Of a DNA stretch of 64,000 nucleotides, positions 48,715-58,224 are shown in pieces. This DNA comes from Candidatus Bathyarchaeum tardum (GTDB lineage: Archaea > Thermoproteota > Bathyarchaeia > Bathyarchaeales > Bathyarchaeaceae): assembly GCA_024650005.2 (NCBI GenBank), contig CP122380.1, positions 2,016,001-2,080,000 of the forward strand. Reading direction: 5' to 3'. How positions within the stretch are numbered: position 1 is the stretch's first letter; the number at the start of each line of letters is the position of its first letter. The notes below the pieces were generated by a model. It did no database searches and was not told where the DNA came from. It saw only the letters and a program-made list of their open reading frames with translations. A program made the position numbers and the translations under genes.

Positions 48715-49905
48715 ATGAAGATAGAACTTGACAACATTTTAGCTGAAAACAATGTGGATTCGTTGTTTTTGTATTCTGACAGTTCTCGAGATGCTAACAT
48801 GTATTATCTTACACAGTTTTTTGCGCCTGATGCTTTCATTTTTTTGAAAAAAATCAACCAAGAGCCAATTATTGTAGTTAGTCAGATGGAGTGTTCACGT
48901 GCACAAAAGCAGTCTACTGTTAAAAACGTGAAGTCATACTTTGATTACAATTATCAAAAAATTGTGAAATCAGCAAAAAATCCTCAACTAGGTAGGGTCG
49001 ACTTCATCGTAAAAGTAGCTGAAAAAGAGTTGGGCAAAGGTTCCAAGATTTGTGTGCCTCCAAATTTTCCGTTATTGGTTGCTGATTTTCTAAGAAAAGA
49101 GGGTCTATCTGTTACGCCTATGTTAGGTGTTGTTGAAAAAGCCCGAGAAACTAAAGGCATCCAAGAAGTTGAAGTAATTAAAAAGATTCAACAGATTAAC
49201 GAGAAAGTTACGTCTGAGGCAATTGATTTGATTGCTAACACGGAAGTTGGTGCCAACAAGATTTTGTTGCAAGATGGAGAACCATTAACGGTAGGCAATG
49301 TGAAAGCGTTTTTTGGTTACAAGCTTTTAGAAAATGGTTGTTTGCCCGAAGAAGACCTCATTGTGGCATGTGGACCAAAATCGTCGGATCCCCATTACGC
49401 GGGTGAAGCTGATGACAAACTTAAAGCAGATCAACCAATAATTTTGGACATTTATCCGCGGAGCATACAGAAACGTTACTGGGCAGACATGACCCGAACA
49501 GTAGTGAAAGGAAAAGCCTCACTGGAAGTCAAAAAGATGTTTGATGCAGTTTTTGAGGCAAAGAATGCTTCGTTGGATGCAGTTCATGCTGGAGCTATTG
49601 GAAGTCAAGTTTACGATGTTTGTTGTGATGTTTTAGAAAAAAATGGTTATCAGACTGAACGAAACGGGCAAAAAGTGACGAAAGGTATGACACATGGTTT
49701 GGGTCATGGGGTGGGTTTGCAGATTCATGAAAGCCCTAGAATCAATGAGTTTTCGAGTTTTCCCTTAAAGGAACACGTTGTTGTAACTATTGAACCCGGA
49801 GTCTACAATCCAAAAGTTGGGGGATTACGTTTAGAAGATATTATTGAAGTGACAAAATCGGGTTACAATAATTTAACGAAAATGGGCACCCAGTTAGAAA
49901 TTTAG
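48715..49905 (+). CDS. Xaa-Pro aminopeptidase (M24)
   Basis: DPH, LDIYP, ADMTRT, HGLGHGVGL.IHE.P, TIEPG.Y, RLED. Confidence 0.93.
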   Translation: MKIELDNILAENNVDSLFLYSDSSRDANMYYLTQFFAPDAFIFLKKINQEPIIVVSQMECSRAQKQSTVKNVKSYFDYNYQKIVKSAKNPQLGRVDFIVKVAEKELGKGSKICVPPNFPLLVADFLRKEGLSVTPMLGVVEKARETKGIQEVEVIKKIQQINEKVTSEAIDLIANTEVGANKILLQDGEPLTVGNVKAFFGYKLLENGCLPEEDLIVACGPKSSDPHYAGEADDKLKADQPIILDIYPRSIQKRYWADMTRTVVKGKASLEVKKMFDAVFEAKNASLDAVHAGAIGSQVYDVCCDVLEKNGYQTERNGQKVTKGMTHGLGHGVGLQIHESPRINEFSSFPLKEHVVVTIEPGVYNPKVGGLRLEDIIEVTKSGYNNLTKMGTQLEI

Positions 49906-50027
49906 GCCATTAGTTGGTTTTTGACAGTAAAATAAAATTAGCCTTTTTGTTTGAGTTAAAAAAATGAAGATTATACTTATCTAGTTGGGTTGCCTTTTTT
50001 TTCAAGGTTATCAGCGGAGGATTAAAG

Positions 50028-51875
50028 TTGAGTTTTGCAAAGCAGGCTCTTTTTTTGGATTTGGCAACTGGAAAAGCTGAAACTAAAGCGTTAGACGAAC
50101 AATTATTGAAAGATTATATTGGAGGCGTAGGTCTTGGAGTCAAGTTGTGGTTAGACCACTCCAAGAAGTGTGTAGATTCCTTTGGTGCTGATAATCCAAT
50201 AGTTTTTGTTACGGGGGCATTAACTGGTACAATTTCTCCCTTGGGGGGAAACGGTTATGCTGTGGTTTCCAAGTCTCCGTTAACTGAATTAGTTTGTGCT
50301 GCAAAGACTCATGGGTTTTTTGGGGCAGAATTAAAACAAGCAGGATACGATGCTATAGTTATTACAGGTAAATCTGAAAAACTGGTTTACGTGTGGATTG
50401 ACGATGATTCAGTTCAGTTAGTTGATGCTTCCCGTTTAGTTGGCAAGTCTCCTCAAGAAACTGTAGAAGCAATCAAAGATGAACAAGGTGACTGTTATGT
50501 TCGTGTCTGCGCGGTTGGTGCAGCTGCAGAAAAGCTTGTTCGGTTTGCGTGTATAATTAATGATGATCAGCGAGTTGCTGGGCGAGGTGGAATGGGGGCT
50601 GTTTTGGGTTCCAAGAACGTGAAAGCAGTCGCAGTTCGTGGAACGAAAGATGTGAATGTTGCAAAATATAAAGTGTTTACAGATTTTGTGAGAAACATTT
50701 TCGAGCGCATGAAAGAGCCCCAAGCCCGCAACTATCGGCATTTAGGAAGCTCAGACAGCCTAGTTGCTTTGAATCGTTTGGCAGCTTTGCCTAGTCGTAA
50801 TTTTTCGCAAGCTACTTTTGAGAAAATTAAAAACGTTACTGGCGAATCCTTGAAGGCATATGTGCAAAAAGTTGTGGGTTGTTCAACATGTGGTTTACGG
50901 TTTGATTGTTTGTCCAATGTCCCTGATGGGAAATATGCTGGAAGCACTGCGAATCTAAAGTTTGAAAGTTTGTGGGCAGTTGGTCCCCTTTGTGGAGTTG
51001 ATCGATTAGATGCAATTATTGAAGCAATCAGGTTATGCGACAACTATGGTTTGGATGTTATCTCTGCAGGAGCATCGGTTGCTTTTGTTATGGACCTTTA
51101 TGAAAGCAAGATTATAACTGATAAAGAAACTGAAGGCTTGAATCTTGATTTTGGAAACCATGAAGCCCTCCTTGAAGTAATAAAGCGGATTGGGGTTCGT
51201 GAAGGTTGGTTGGGTGAGGTTCTTTCTGACGGAACAAAATTAGCTGCTGAAAAGATTGGAAAAGGTTCAAACAAGTATGCGAATCATGTTAAGGGCTTGG
51301 AACTGCAAGGGTATGACCTTAGGTCACTAAAGACTGCAGCGTTAGGTGCTACAGTTTCGTCTTGTGGGGCACGTTCTGGGGTTTATGCTTGTTTGTTTGA
51401 TATTGAAGGAAAAGTTGATCGTTTAAAGATTAGAAAGGGTCAAGGGAAACTTGTTGCCGAAACTGAAGATTTGTACAATGTTGTTGATTCTTTGATGTTA
51501 TGCAAATATTCTAAGCGGGTTATTGACGGATTCAAGGACATGGCAGAGTATTACAGGTTAGCTACTGGCATTAAAGTAACAGAGAAAGATTTGATGAAAA
51601 CAGGGGAACGTATTAAGAATCTTGTTCGGGCAATTAATCTTCGTGAGGGCAAGGGAACTCGAATTGATGATGTGTTGCCGTGGAAGATTATGAATGTGCC
51701 AATTCCAGATGAGGGCGTAGCCAAGGGTTCAGTTGTAACTAAAACTGAAATTGACCTTGGATTGGATGACTACTACAGTGTTCGTAGTTGGGACAAAAAT
51801 GGTGTTCCTACGGTTAAGAAGCTTGAAGAGTTAGGTTTAGGTGAGCTCGTTAAGTTTGTGGAGAACCAAAAATAG
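50028..51875 (+). CDS. Aldehyde:ferredoxin oxidoreductase family protein, atypical motifs
   Basis: KSPLT, GRGGMGAVLGSKN.KA, CD.YGLD, VKGLE..GYD.R, DSL.LC, YY..R.WD..G.PT. Confidence 0.9.
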   Translation: MSFAKQALFLDLATGKAETKALDEQLLKDYIGGVGLGVKLWLDHSKKCVDSFGADNPIVFVTGALTGTISPLGGNGYAVVSKSPLTELVCAAKTHGFFGAELKQAGYDAIVITGKSEKLVYVWIDDDSVQLVDASRLVGKSPQETVEAIKDEQGDCYVRVCAVGAAAEKLVRFACIINDDQRVAGRGGMGAVLGSKNVKAVAVRGTKDVNVAKYKVFTDFVRNIFERMKEPQARNYRHLGSSDSLVALNRLAALPSRNFSQATFEKIKNVTGESLKAYVQKVVGCSTCGLRFDCLSNVPDGKYAGSTANLKFESLWAVGPLCGVDRLDAIIEAIRLCDNYGLDVISAGASVAFVMDLYESKIITDKETEGLNLDFGNHEALLEVIKRIGVREGWLGEVLSDGTKLAAEKIGKGSNKYANHVKGLELQGYDLRSLKTAALGATVSSCGARSGVYACLFDIEGKVDRLKIRKGQGKLVAETEDLYNVVDSLMLCKYSKRVIDGFKDMAEYYRLATGIKVTEKDLMKTGERIKNLVRAINLREGKGTRIDDVLPWKIMNVPIPDEGVAKGSVVTKTEIDLGLDDYYSVRSWDKNGVPTVKKLEELGLGELVKFVENQK

Positions 51876-52378
51876 TGGAAGCGATGTGGTTGTCTGAAGT
51901 TAAAGATAAAAAGTTAGTTAATTGTGATGCTTCTAAATGTACGGGTTGTCGTATTTGTGAGTACGCATGTTCGATGAAAAAAGAGAAAACGTACAATCCG
52001 ACCAAGTCACGTATTCGGGTGGTTCGTTTGAATCCTTTTGTTAATTTAGCTGTTTCTTGTCGTTTGTGTGAAGATGCCCCATGTGTGGTTACTTGTCCTC
52101 GTGATGCCCTAAAACAGAACGAAGAAACAGGCGTAATTAAAGTTGATGAAGAAAAATGCAACGGTTGTGGATGGTGTATTGAAGCTTGTGATTATGGTGC
52201 CCTTGAGTTGCATCCAGAAACCAAACAAGTGTTTGTCTGCGACCTGTGTGACGGCGAACCTGAATGCGTGAAATGGTGTCCAGAAGGAGCATTAGAGTTT
52301 ACGTCCAAGGATGATGTTTCAGAAAAGACCCGAATAAAAGCAATAAAGAAGCTGTTCCAGAACGCTTTGAAAACATAG
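51875..52378 (+). CDS. 4Fe-4S dicluster electron-transfer subunit
   Basis: Four Cys clusters (CTGCRICEYAC, CRLCEDAPCVVTCP, CNGCGWCIEAC, CDLC..CVKWCP). Confidence 0.93.
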   Translation: MEAMWLSEVKDKKLVNCDASKCTGCRICEYACSMKKEKTYNPTKSRIRVVRLNPFVNLAVSCRLCEDAPCVVTCPRDALKQNEETGVIKVDEEKCNGCGWCIEACDYGALELHPETKQVFVCDLCDGEPECVKWCPEGALEFTSKDDVSEKTRIKAIKKLFQNALKT

Positions 52379-52383
52379 AATTG

Positions 52384-52887
52384 TTAAGGAAGCAAACTTT
52401 GAAGCAAAGTCGCTAACGTTTCAGCGGTTTCTTTGAGTTCAGGGGTTAATCCTTCTCCAAAGTCGACATTCATTGGTTGAATTATGAGAAGAGCAATTTT
52501 GGCGTTAGCTGTTTTGGTTATGTAATCACAAAAGATTCGCAACGGCAACGTATGGGTTGAAATGGAACTTTTTCGTATGAGTTGCTCAGGGCGAGCGAGC
52601 ATTGCATTTCCGGGTTGTTTGTTTATTATTCCTGCATCTACCAACAATACGTGGGTGGGTTTGAAGGCTACAATTTTTTGCATATAGCTTTCAGGTATGG
52701 TTTCTGCTTCTATCAAGAAAACATGGTCAGATACTTTGGTTTTCAGTTTGCGTACGATTTCTACACCAACAAAATCGTCTTTGCGAAAGGGGTTTCCGAC
52801 TCCAGCGACAACTACTTTGTTAGATCCAGTTAAAAATTCTTTCAATGGCTTTTCAACTGTTTGTTCTTCAGCACCTGACACGGGCAC
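52384..52887 (-). CDS. hycI: Hydrogenase maturation protease (HycI-like)
   Basis: GVGN..RKDD..G, PE, VDA, STHTLPL. Confidence 0.88.
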   Translation of the reverse strand: MPVSGAEEQTVEKPLKEFLTGSNKVVVAGVGNPFRKDDFVGVEIVRKLKTKVSDHVFLIEAETIPESYMQKIVAFKPTHVLLVDAGIINKQPGNAMLARPEQLIRKSSISTHTLPLRIFCDYITKTANAKIALLIIQPMNVDFGEGLTPELKETAETLATLLQSLLP

Positions 52888-52941
52888 ACAACCTATTCGT
52901 TAAAGAATATACACGACAAATAAAACTTGAGTTGTAGAATT

Positions 52942-52961
52942 TTTCTGAAAAAATTGTTTTC
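52942..52961 (-). repeat. Degenerate dispersed repeat copy
   Basis: TTTCTGAAAAAATTGTTTTC resembles the reverse complement of the family consensus. Confidence 0.35.
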
Positions 52962-53100
52962 TCGGATAAAAACAGAACTATTGTTTTGTAAGCCCTATGT
53001 GAAATTTAAGCAGTTAATACAATGGGAAAAAAATAAAAAATTTCGTTAATAGCTTGATGGAATTGATTGTTTTGCATCCCAAAAATTTAAATAAAGAATT

Positions 53101-53427
53101 TTGAAACTAAAAATCATGTCTAAACGTTTTATGCTGTTAATAATTTTCATTAATTTGCTATTAACAGCTGTTTACATTATTTCCAGCGTTCAATTATGGG
53201 AAGAAATGAATAACTGGTATGATTATAACATGCAAAGCACTTGGACTCCATTTTATGTGTATCCACATCGCATCTCAGGTTTGCCAACAGTTATGATGCC
53301 TGTTCCTCCAATGCTTAATTTGCCTTTCATAATTTTTCTTGCTTCCATTATTACAAACTTAGTCTTGCTTTTAGCATATTTTGTAGTTATTCCCTTACTA
53401 CAAAGATGGGCAAACAAAGAAATTTAG
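53101..53427 (+). CDS. Small 2-TM membrane protein
   Basis: AT-rich ORF with two hydrophobic helices. Confidence 0.6.
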   Translation: MKLKIMSKRFMLLIIFINLLLTAVYIISSVQLWEEMNNWYDYNMQSTWTPFYVYPHRISGLPTVMMPVPPMLNLPFIIFLASIITNLVLLLAYFVVIPLLQRWANKEI

Positions 53428-53535
53428 TAAAAATAAAAATGATTGGTAACATAAAAGTGGTATCCGATATTAGTTAATAAAATTTATTTATTGCTTGAAA
53501 TTTTAGAACCTAATCTTTTTTATAACTTCTGTTTT

Positions 53536-53564
53536 TTTCTGGAAAAAGGTTGTTTTCAACATTG
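53536..53564 (-). repeat. Dispersed intergenic repeat copy
   Basis: TTTCTGGAAAAAGGTTGTTTTCAACATTG, reverse complement CAATGTTGAAAACAACCTTTTTCCAGAAA. Confidence 0.7.
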
Positions 53565-53631
53565 TAGCTTAATAATTTATGAATATGCAGAATTGTTTGT
53601 CCTAAATTTTATGTTGATGCTAGATGTAAAA

Positions 53632-53786
53632 TGGTCGGGAGGGCGGGATTTGAACCTGCGACAATCCGGTGTCTGTACGCTTGATAGGCTAAATGATGCC
53701 TACCATAATGGTAGACGTCTACAGCATCTCCATCAGCCTCGAGTTTAGGCTGGTTCGGAAGCTCTACCAAGCTGAGCTACCTCCCG
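53632..53786 (-). tRNA. tRNA-Tyr(GTA) with two introns (30 nt at 30/31; 48 nt at 37/38); CCA encoded
   Basis: C1-G72 acceptor CGGGAGG/CCTCCCG + ACCA; exons 53786-53756, 53725-53719 and 53670-53632 rebuild TCCGG-CTGTAGA-CCGGA. Confidence 0.88.
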
Positions 53787-53900
53787 ACAGCCTGTTATGA
53801 ACGTGAAAATTACAATTTATGCGTTTCGTTTCAAACCAACAAAAAAGGTTCAACTATAAAAATGGAAAAAATGAAAATTGAAGAAAACTCAGTTCAAGTC

Positions 53901-54059
53901 TTATTTGCTGAGTTCAGTTAATGCTTCGTCTACTGCTGCGATTTCTTTTTTGAGGTCTTCTTTGTATTGTGTGAGTTTGGCTATTTTTTCTTCTTTGGTT
54001 AGGACTTTTCGGGGTCCGTGGTCGTGGCAGTCGCCTCCGCAGCAACAATCTCCGGTCAT
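53901..54059 (-). CDS. Small Cys/His-rich coiled-coil protein (DUF5320-like, 52 aa; not in ORF track)
   Basis: MTGDCCCGGDCHDHGPRKVLTKEEKIAKLTQYKEDLKKEIAAVDEALTELSK; GGAGGTGA SD. Confidence 0.8.
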   Translation of the reverse strand: MTGDCCCGGDCHDHGPRKVLTKEEKIAKLTQYKEDLKKEIAAVDEALTELSK

Positions 54060-54165
54060 GTTCTTTGTTCACCTCCGATTTTACATGCACTACTATCCAA
54101 AGGAAAGTATTTAAACTATCAAGTTTATAGTAAAATAGTCAGTATCTTTAAAGAAAGCGACTATC

Positions 54166-54570
54166 ATGTGCGAAAACAAGCAACAAACTTGCATCTGCCC
54201 CTTGAAAGGGGTAATCGATTTAATCAGTAAAAAATGGGCACTTTTAATCATCAACGCCTTAGGTAACTGTGGAAAACTCAGATTCAACCAGATAATGGAA
54301 ACATTAGAAGGCATCAGTCCCAAAACTTTGTCTGACACATTAAAGGAACTGCAAGCAGAACAGTTAATCGAACGGAAATCTTTTGCCGAGATACCTCCAC
54401 GAGTTGAGTATTCATTAACCAACGACGGCATCGAGCTCAGAAAATCTATTATACCTCTTTTGGAATGGACTGCAAACAGAAGCGGCTTCAATAAAGAGCG
54501 GTGCAATCAATGCCCGCCAGAAATGCGCACAAGATATAACGCATATGTAGGTGAAAAAGATGGACCGTAA
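54166..54570 (+). CDS. HxlR family transcription regulator
   Basis: CP....DLISKKW, RFN, GISPKTLS..LKEL, EIPPRVEYSLT. Confidence 0.93.
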   Translation: MCENKQQTCICPLKGVIDLISKKWALLIINALGNCGKLRFNQIMETLEGISPKTLSDTLKELQAEQLIERKSFAEIPPRVEYSLTNDGIELRKSIIPLLEWTANRSGFNKERCNQCPPEMRTRYNAYVGEKDGP

Positions 54571-55657
54571 ACAAATTTATGACGTATTATCAGATTATGA
54601 CCCCCAAAAAGTAAGAATTGGTGTTCTTGGGTCTCACTCTGCGTTAGAGATGGGTCATGGCGCCAAACAGGAAGGATTTGAAACAGTAATTATTTGCCAA
54701 AAAGGGCGAGAAAAAACCTACACAAAGCACTATAAGAACCTGTTTGACCACGTTTTATTGTTAGACAAGTTTTCAGATCTCATTGAAGAAGAAAATCAAA
54801 CTCAACTTCGGGAACTCAACACAATTTTTGTTCCCAATCGTTCGTTTTCAGTTTATACTGGCTATGATAATATTGAACAAAAATTCAAAGTTCCCTTGTT
54901 GGGGAACCGGTTCATGCTCCGAAGCGAAGAGCGAAACGTCCCCAATAACCAGTATGACCTAATCGTAAGATCCGGATTGAATTTGCCAAAAATTTTCAAA
55001 TCACCTGAAGAAATTGACAGACTAGCCATAGTAAAAGTTCCAGAAAAAACAAGAAGCATTGAACGTGCTTTCTTTTACGCTTCTTCTCCAGAAGAATTTA
55101 AACGGCGCTCTGAAGAACGGATAACCAAAGGCATAATCACCCGGGAAGATTTAGAAGAGTCAGTTATCGAAGAATATGTCGTTGGAGCTAAATTCAACGC
55201 TAACTATTTCTATTCCCCAATAACCGACCAAATTGACTTACTAGGGTTTGATCGAAGGATCCAAACAAACCTAGATGGGGTCTTAGACCTGCCCGCTGAT
55301 GAGCAACTGGAAGCCAAACTGCCCACTCAAAACGTGGAAATTGGTCACATGGGCGCTACAATGCGTGAATCTCAGATAGAAAAAATCTTGGATGCAGGGG
55401 AAAAGTTTGTTGAGACCTGTAAAAAAGAATATCCGCCTGGAATTATTGGTTTGTTTGCCTTGCAAGGAGCTATGAACAATAACTTGGAGTTTTACATTTT
55501 TGATGTAAGCCCTCGAATACCTGGTTGTCCATGTGTAGAACCAACTTCTCCTTACATGAAATATAAGTATGGAAAAGAAGTTGGTCCGGGTAGACGAGTA
55601 GCCATGGAAATCAAAACTGCTGTTGCAGAAAATAAGCTTGAGATGATAGTGACTTGA
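54560..55657 (+). CDS. PurP-like ATP-grasp ligase (paralog 1)
   Basis: LGSHSAL..HGAKQEGF, PNRSF, FDVSPR.PG, GRRVAMEIK. Confidence 0.88.
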   Translation: MDRKQIYDVLSDYDPQKVRIGVLGSHSALEMGHGAKQEGFETVIICQKGREKTYTKHYKNLFDHVLLLDKFSDLIEEENQTQLRELNTIFVPNRSFSVYTGYDNIEQKFKVPLLGNRFMLRSEERNVPNNQYDLIVRSGLNLPKIFKSPEEIDRLAIVKVPEKTRSIERAFFYASSPEEFKRRSEERITKGIITREDLEESVIEEYVVGAKFNANYFYSPITDQIDLLGFDRRIQTNLDGVLDLPADEQLEAKLPTQNVEIGHMGATMRESQIEKILDAGEKFVETCKKEYPPGIIGLFALQGAMNNNLEFYIFDVSPRIPGCPCVEPTSPYMKYKYGKEVGPGRRVAMEIKTAVAENKLEMIVT

Positions 55658-56739
55658 TTCCCAAAACTCAAATCGATGCCACTTTGGCAGATTATGATCC
55701 AAAAGACATCACCATTGGAACCATTGGTTCTCATTCGGCCCTTAACATATTCAAAGGCGCCAAAGAAGAGGGATTCAAGACAGTTTGTGTCTGTAAAAAA
55801 GAAAACGAAATCATTTACAAGCGGTTTCCTTTAGCTGACCGGATTATTTCCATCGACGATTACAGTGAATTTTTGGATGCACCAGTTCAAGAGAAATTAA
55901 AAGAAGAAAACACAATTTTGATTCCCCACGGTTCGTTTAATGCGTATGTTGGAACAGATCAGATGCTTGACAAGTTAGAAGTTCCTCTGTTTGGTAACAG
56001 GGAACTTTTGTACTGGGAAACTGATCGAGAAAAACAACGAGAATGGCTTCAACGGGCAGGTTTAAGGTTGCCCGCAACTTTTGATAATCCGGAAGATATC
56101 GATAGATTAGTTATCGCCAAGTTTCCAGGAGCGAAAGGTGGAAAAGGCTACTTTTTAGTAGAATCCCCTCAAGTGTTCCATAAGAAAGCTGAAGATATGG
56201 TTAAACGTGGACATCTGAGTAAAGAAGATTTGGAAAGCATTCATTTTCAAGAATATATCATTGGGGTGAACGTGTATCCTCTTTATTTTTATTCGCCATT
56301 GACAGAAGAAGTTGAACTTTTAGGAATGGACAGGCGTTACGAAACCACTGTTGACAGCATTGGAAAAATTCCTGCTCATGAACAACTAGAAATCAACGTT
56401 AATCCCACCTACACGGTAGTAGGCAATTTCCCTATAGTGGCACGTGAATCCCTTCTTCCAGAAATTTTGACCATGGCAGAAAATGTAGTCAAAGTTTCCA
56501 AACAAATTGCGCCTCCCGGACTTATTGGACCCTACTGTTTAGAAACTGTAATCACTGATGACCTTAAAATTTACACTTTTGAGATTTCTGCAAGAATAGT
56601 TGCAGGCAGCAACGTAGGGGTGGGAACTTCACCTTATGCGTATCTGAAATACGGTGAAGGAATGTACATGGGCAGAAGAATTGCAAGGGAAATAAAAAAT
56701 GCGATCACAAAAAATGAGTTAAAAAACGTGGTTTACTGA
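55654..56739 (+). CDS. purP: Formate-dependent FAICAR synthetase PurP
   Basis: GSHSAL.I.KGAKEEGF, IPHGSF, GAKGGKGYF, FEISARIVAG.N. Confidence 0.92.
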   Translation: MIPKTQIDATLADYDPKDITIGTIGSHSALNIFKGAKEEGFKTVCVCKKENEIIYKRFPLADRIISIDDYSEFLDAPVQEKLKEENTILIPHGSFNAYVGTDQMLDKLEVPLFGNRELLYWETDREKQREWLQRAGLRLPATFDNPEDIDRLVIAKFPGAKGGKGYFLVESPQVFHKKAEDMVKRGHLSKEDLESIHFQEYIIGVNVYPLYFYSPLTEEVELLGMDRRYETTVDSIGKIPAHEQLEINVNPTYTVVGNFPIVARESLLPEILTMAENVVKVSKQIAPPGLIGPYCLETVITDDLKIYTFEISARIVAGSNVGVGTSPYAYLKYGEGMYMGRRIAREIKNAITKNELKNVVY

Positions 56740-56939
56740 CTTTTCATTGTGTTCATTCTTGTTTTCATTTCGTGTTCAACTACACCACGGTACAGTATCA
56801 AAGGGGCAATCTGATCGTTAGGTGCAGTCATGTCAATTTTGTGTTTAATTTTTTCATCCAAAATTTTCTGATACTCTTTAAGTTCAGCTAAACACATAAC
56901 CTTCAGCCGAGATTTAAGATATTTAATTGGATCATCCAT
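56733..56939 (-). CDS. Small hypothetical protein
   Basis: 68-aa helical ORF with GTGA SD-like site. Confidence 0.6.
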   Translation of the reverse strand: MDDPIKYLKSRLKVMCLAELKEYQKILDEKIKHKIDMTAPNDQIAPLILYRGVVEHEMKTRMNTMKSQ

Positions 56940-57463
56940 TGCTAATCACTTCGTAATTAGCTCTGTTCAACACAGCATATATGGCGTTTACTATATTGAA
57001 TGCAATCACGGGTGCACTGTAAAACTTAAATTTGTATAAAGTAAAGCATTAAGAATTAATGATGCTTTAATAAAATATTTGAGGATGGAACTTGCAGATT
57101 TATTAGATTAAATATTAATATAAGTGAAGAATAGAACAAAAAATTTTCAGAAAAAATAAAACAAAAAAGCCAAAAACGCAACACGGTTTTAATGACGTGA
57201 ATCGCACTGGATATGAGAACCAAAATTTTCTCCAACAAAAACAGCAAATGCTCAACTCAGCCTTTATGACGAATTTGCCGTAAAAACAGCAATTAATTCC
57301 TTTCCTGAAGATAAGAAACAAAGTTAAAAGTAGATTTATTATTAAATTACAAGCAGAAAGTTTTCCAATTGACAATATTGATAGGAAAAAGTTCCTAGAG
57401 ATAATGTTATAAATTTATAGAAAAAACTATTAATGAGAAGGTCGCTTCCGAGGAAATGGTTGG

Positions 57464-58153
57464 ATGCAAGTGGAAATGAAGTTTTCAAATTACATGCTAG
57501 ATGAGCTTCTAGGCCCACTAAATGAGGTTGAAAAAAAACATGCCCCTAAGACACTTTATGTTTCAGGCAAATTACCAATTCCATTACCGGGTCCAAGAGC
57601 AGCAATAATTGGTTCAAGAAAAGCTTCTGAAAAAGGTTTAGAAGCAGCAAGATATATTGCAAAAACCCTTGTAAAAGAAAATGTTTTGATAGTTAGTGGA
57701 CTTGCTGAAGGTATTGATACGTCAGCACACGAAACAGCTGTTGAGGAGGGAGGAAACACAATTGCAGTTCTTGGGACTCCTTTGAACGAGTTTTATCCCC
57801 AAAAAAACACTTCACTTCAAGAATTAATTATGCATAATCATTTAGCAATATCTCAATTCCAAATTGGTTGTCCAATTCAGCGAAAAAATTTTGTTATTAG
57901 AAATCGGTTAATGGCTCTGATTTCGGATGCTTCAATTATTGTTGAGGCAGGAAATAGTAGTGGTTCTTTGCATCAAGGTTGGGAAGCTCTCAGACTGGGG
58001 CGCCCCCTTTTTATTTGGCATTCAATCTTGGAAAATTCTTCAATAACTTGGTCAAGTAAAATGCGTCAATATGGAGCGATGATTCTAAAGGATCCGCAAG
58101 AAGTTATGGAAGTCTTACCAACGAGTAAGAGAGTCCTCAAGGTTTTCTCATGA
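57464..58153 (+). CDS. dprA: DprA/Smf (SLOG) family protein, Rossmann core only
   Basis: AIIGSR, IVSGLAEGID..AH, TIAVLG, F..RNR, IVEA...SGSL; lacks SAM and C-terminal wHTH domains. Confidence 0.88.
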   Translation: MQVEMKFSNYMLDELLGPLNEVEKKHAPKTLYVSGKLPIPLPGPRAAIIGSRKASEKGLEAARYIAKTLVKENVLIVSGLAEGIDTSAHETAVEEGGNTIAVLGTPLNEFYPQKNTSLQELIMHNHLAISQFQIGCPIQRKNFVIRNRLMALISDASIIVEAGNSSGSLHQGWEALRLGRPLFIWHSILENSSITWSSKMRQYGAMILKDPQEVMEVLPTSKRVLKVFS

Positions 58154-58224
58154 CACCTATGCAGCTCACTAATATTGAATTCGGTTCATTTTTGACTTAC
58201 ACACCTAAAGGAACTTCACCATAA
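58150..58224 (+). pseudogene. Truncated N-terminal remnant of a DprA-coupled gene
   Basis: ATGA overlap with the dprA stop; MTPMQLTNIEFGSFLTYTPKGTSP* ends after 24 aa. Confidence 0.35.

Noticed and set aside
53491-53748. 85-aa ORF
   Set aside because: Antisense to the intron-containing tRNA-Tyr
14334-58153. Pilin, HhH protein, DprA and dCMP deaminase (ComEB-like) as a competence system
   Set aside because: Genes are scattered, no ComEC or pilus ATPase is seen, and this DprA lacks the accessory domains of competence DprA
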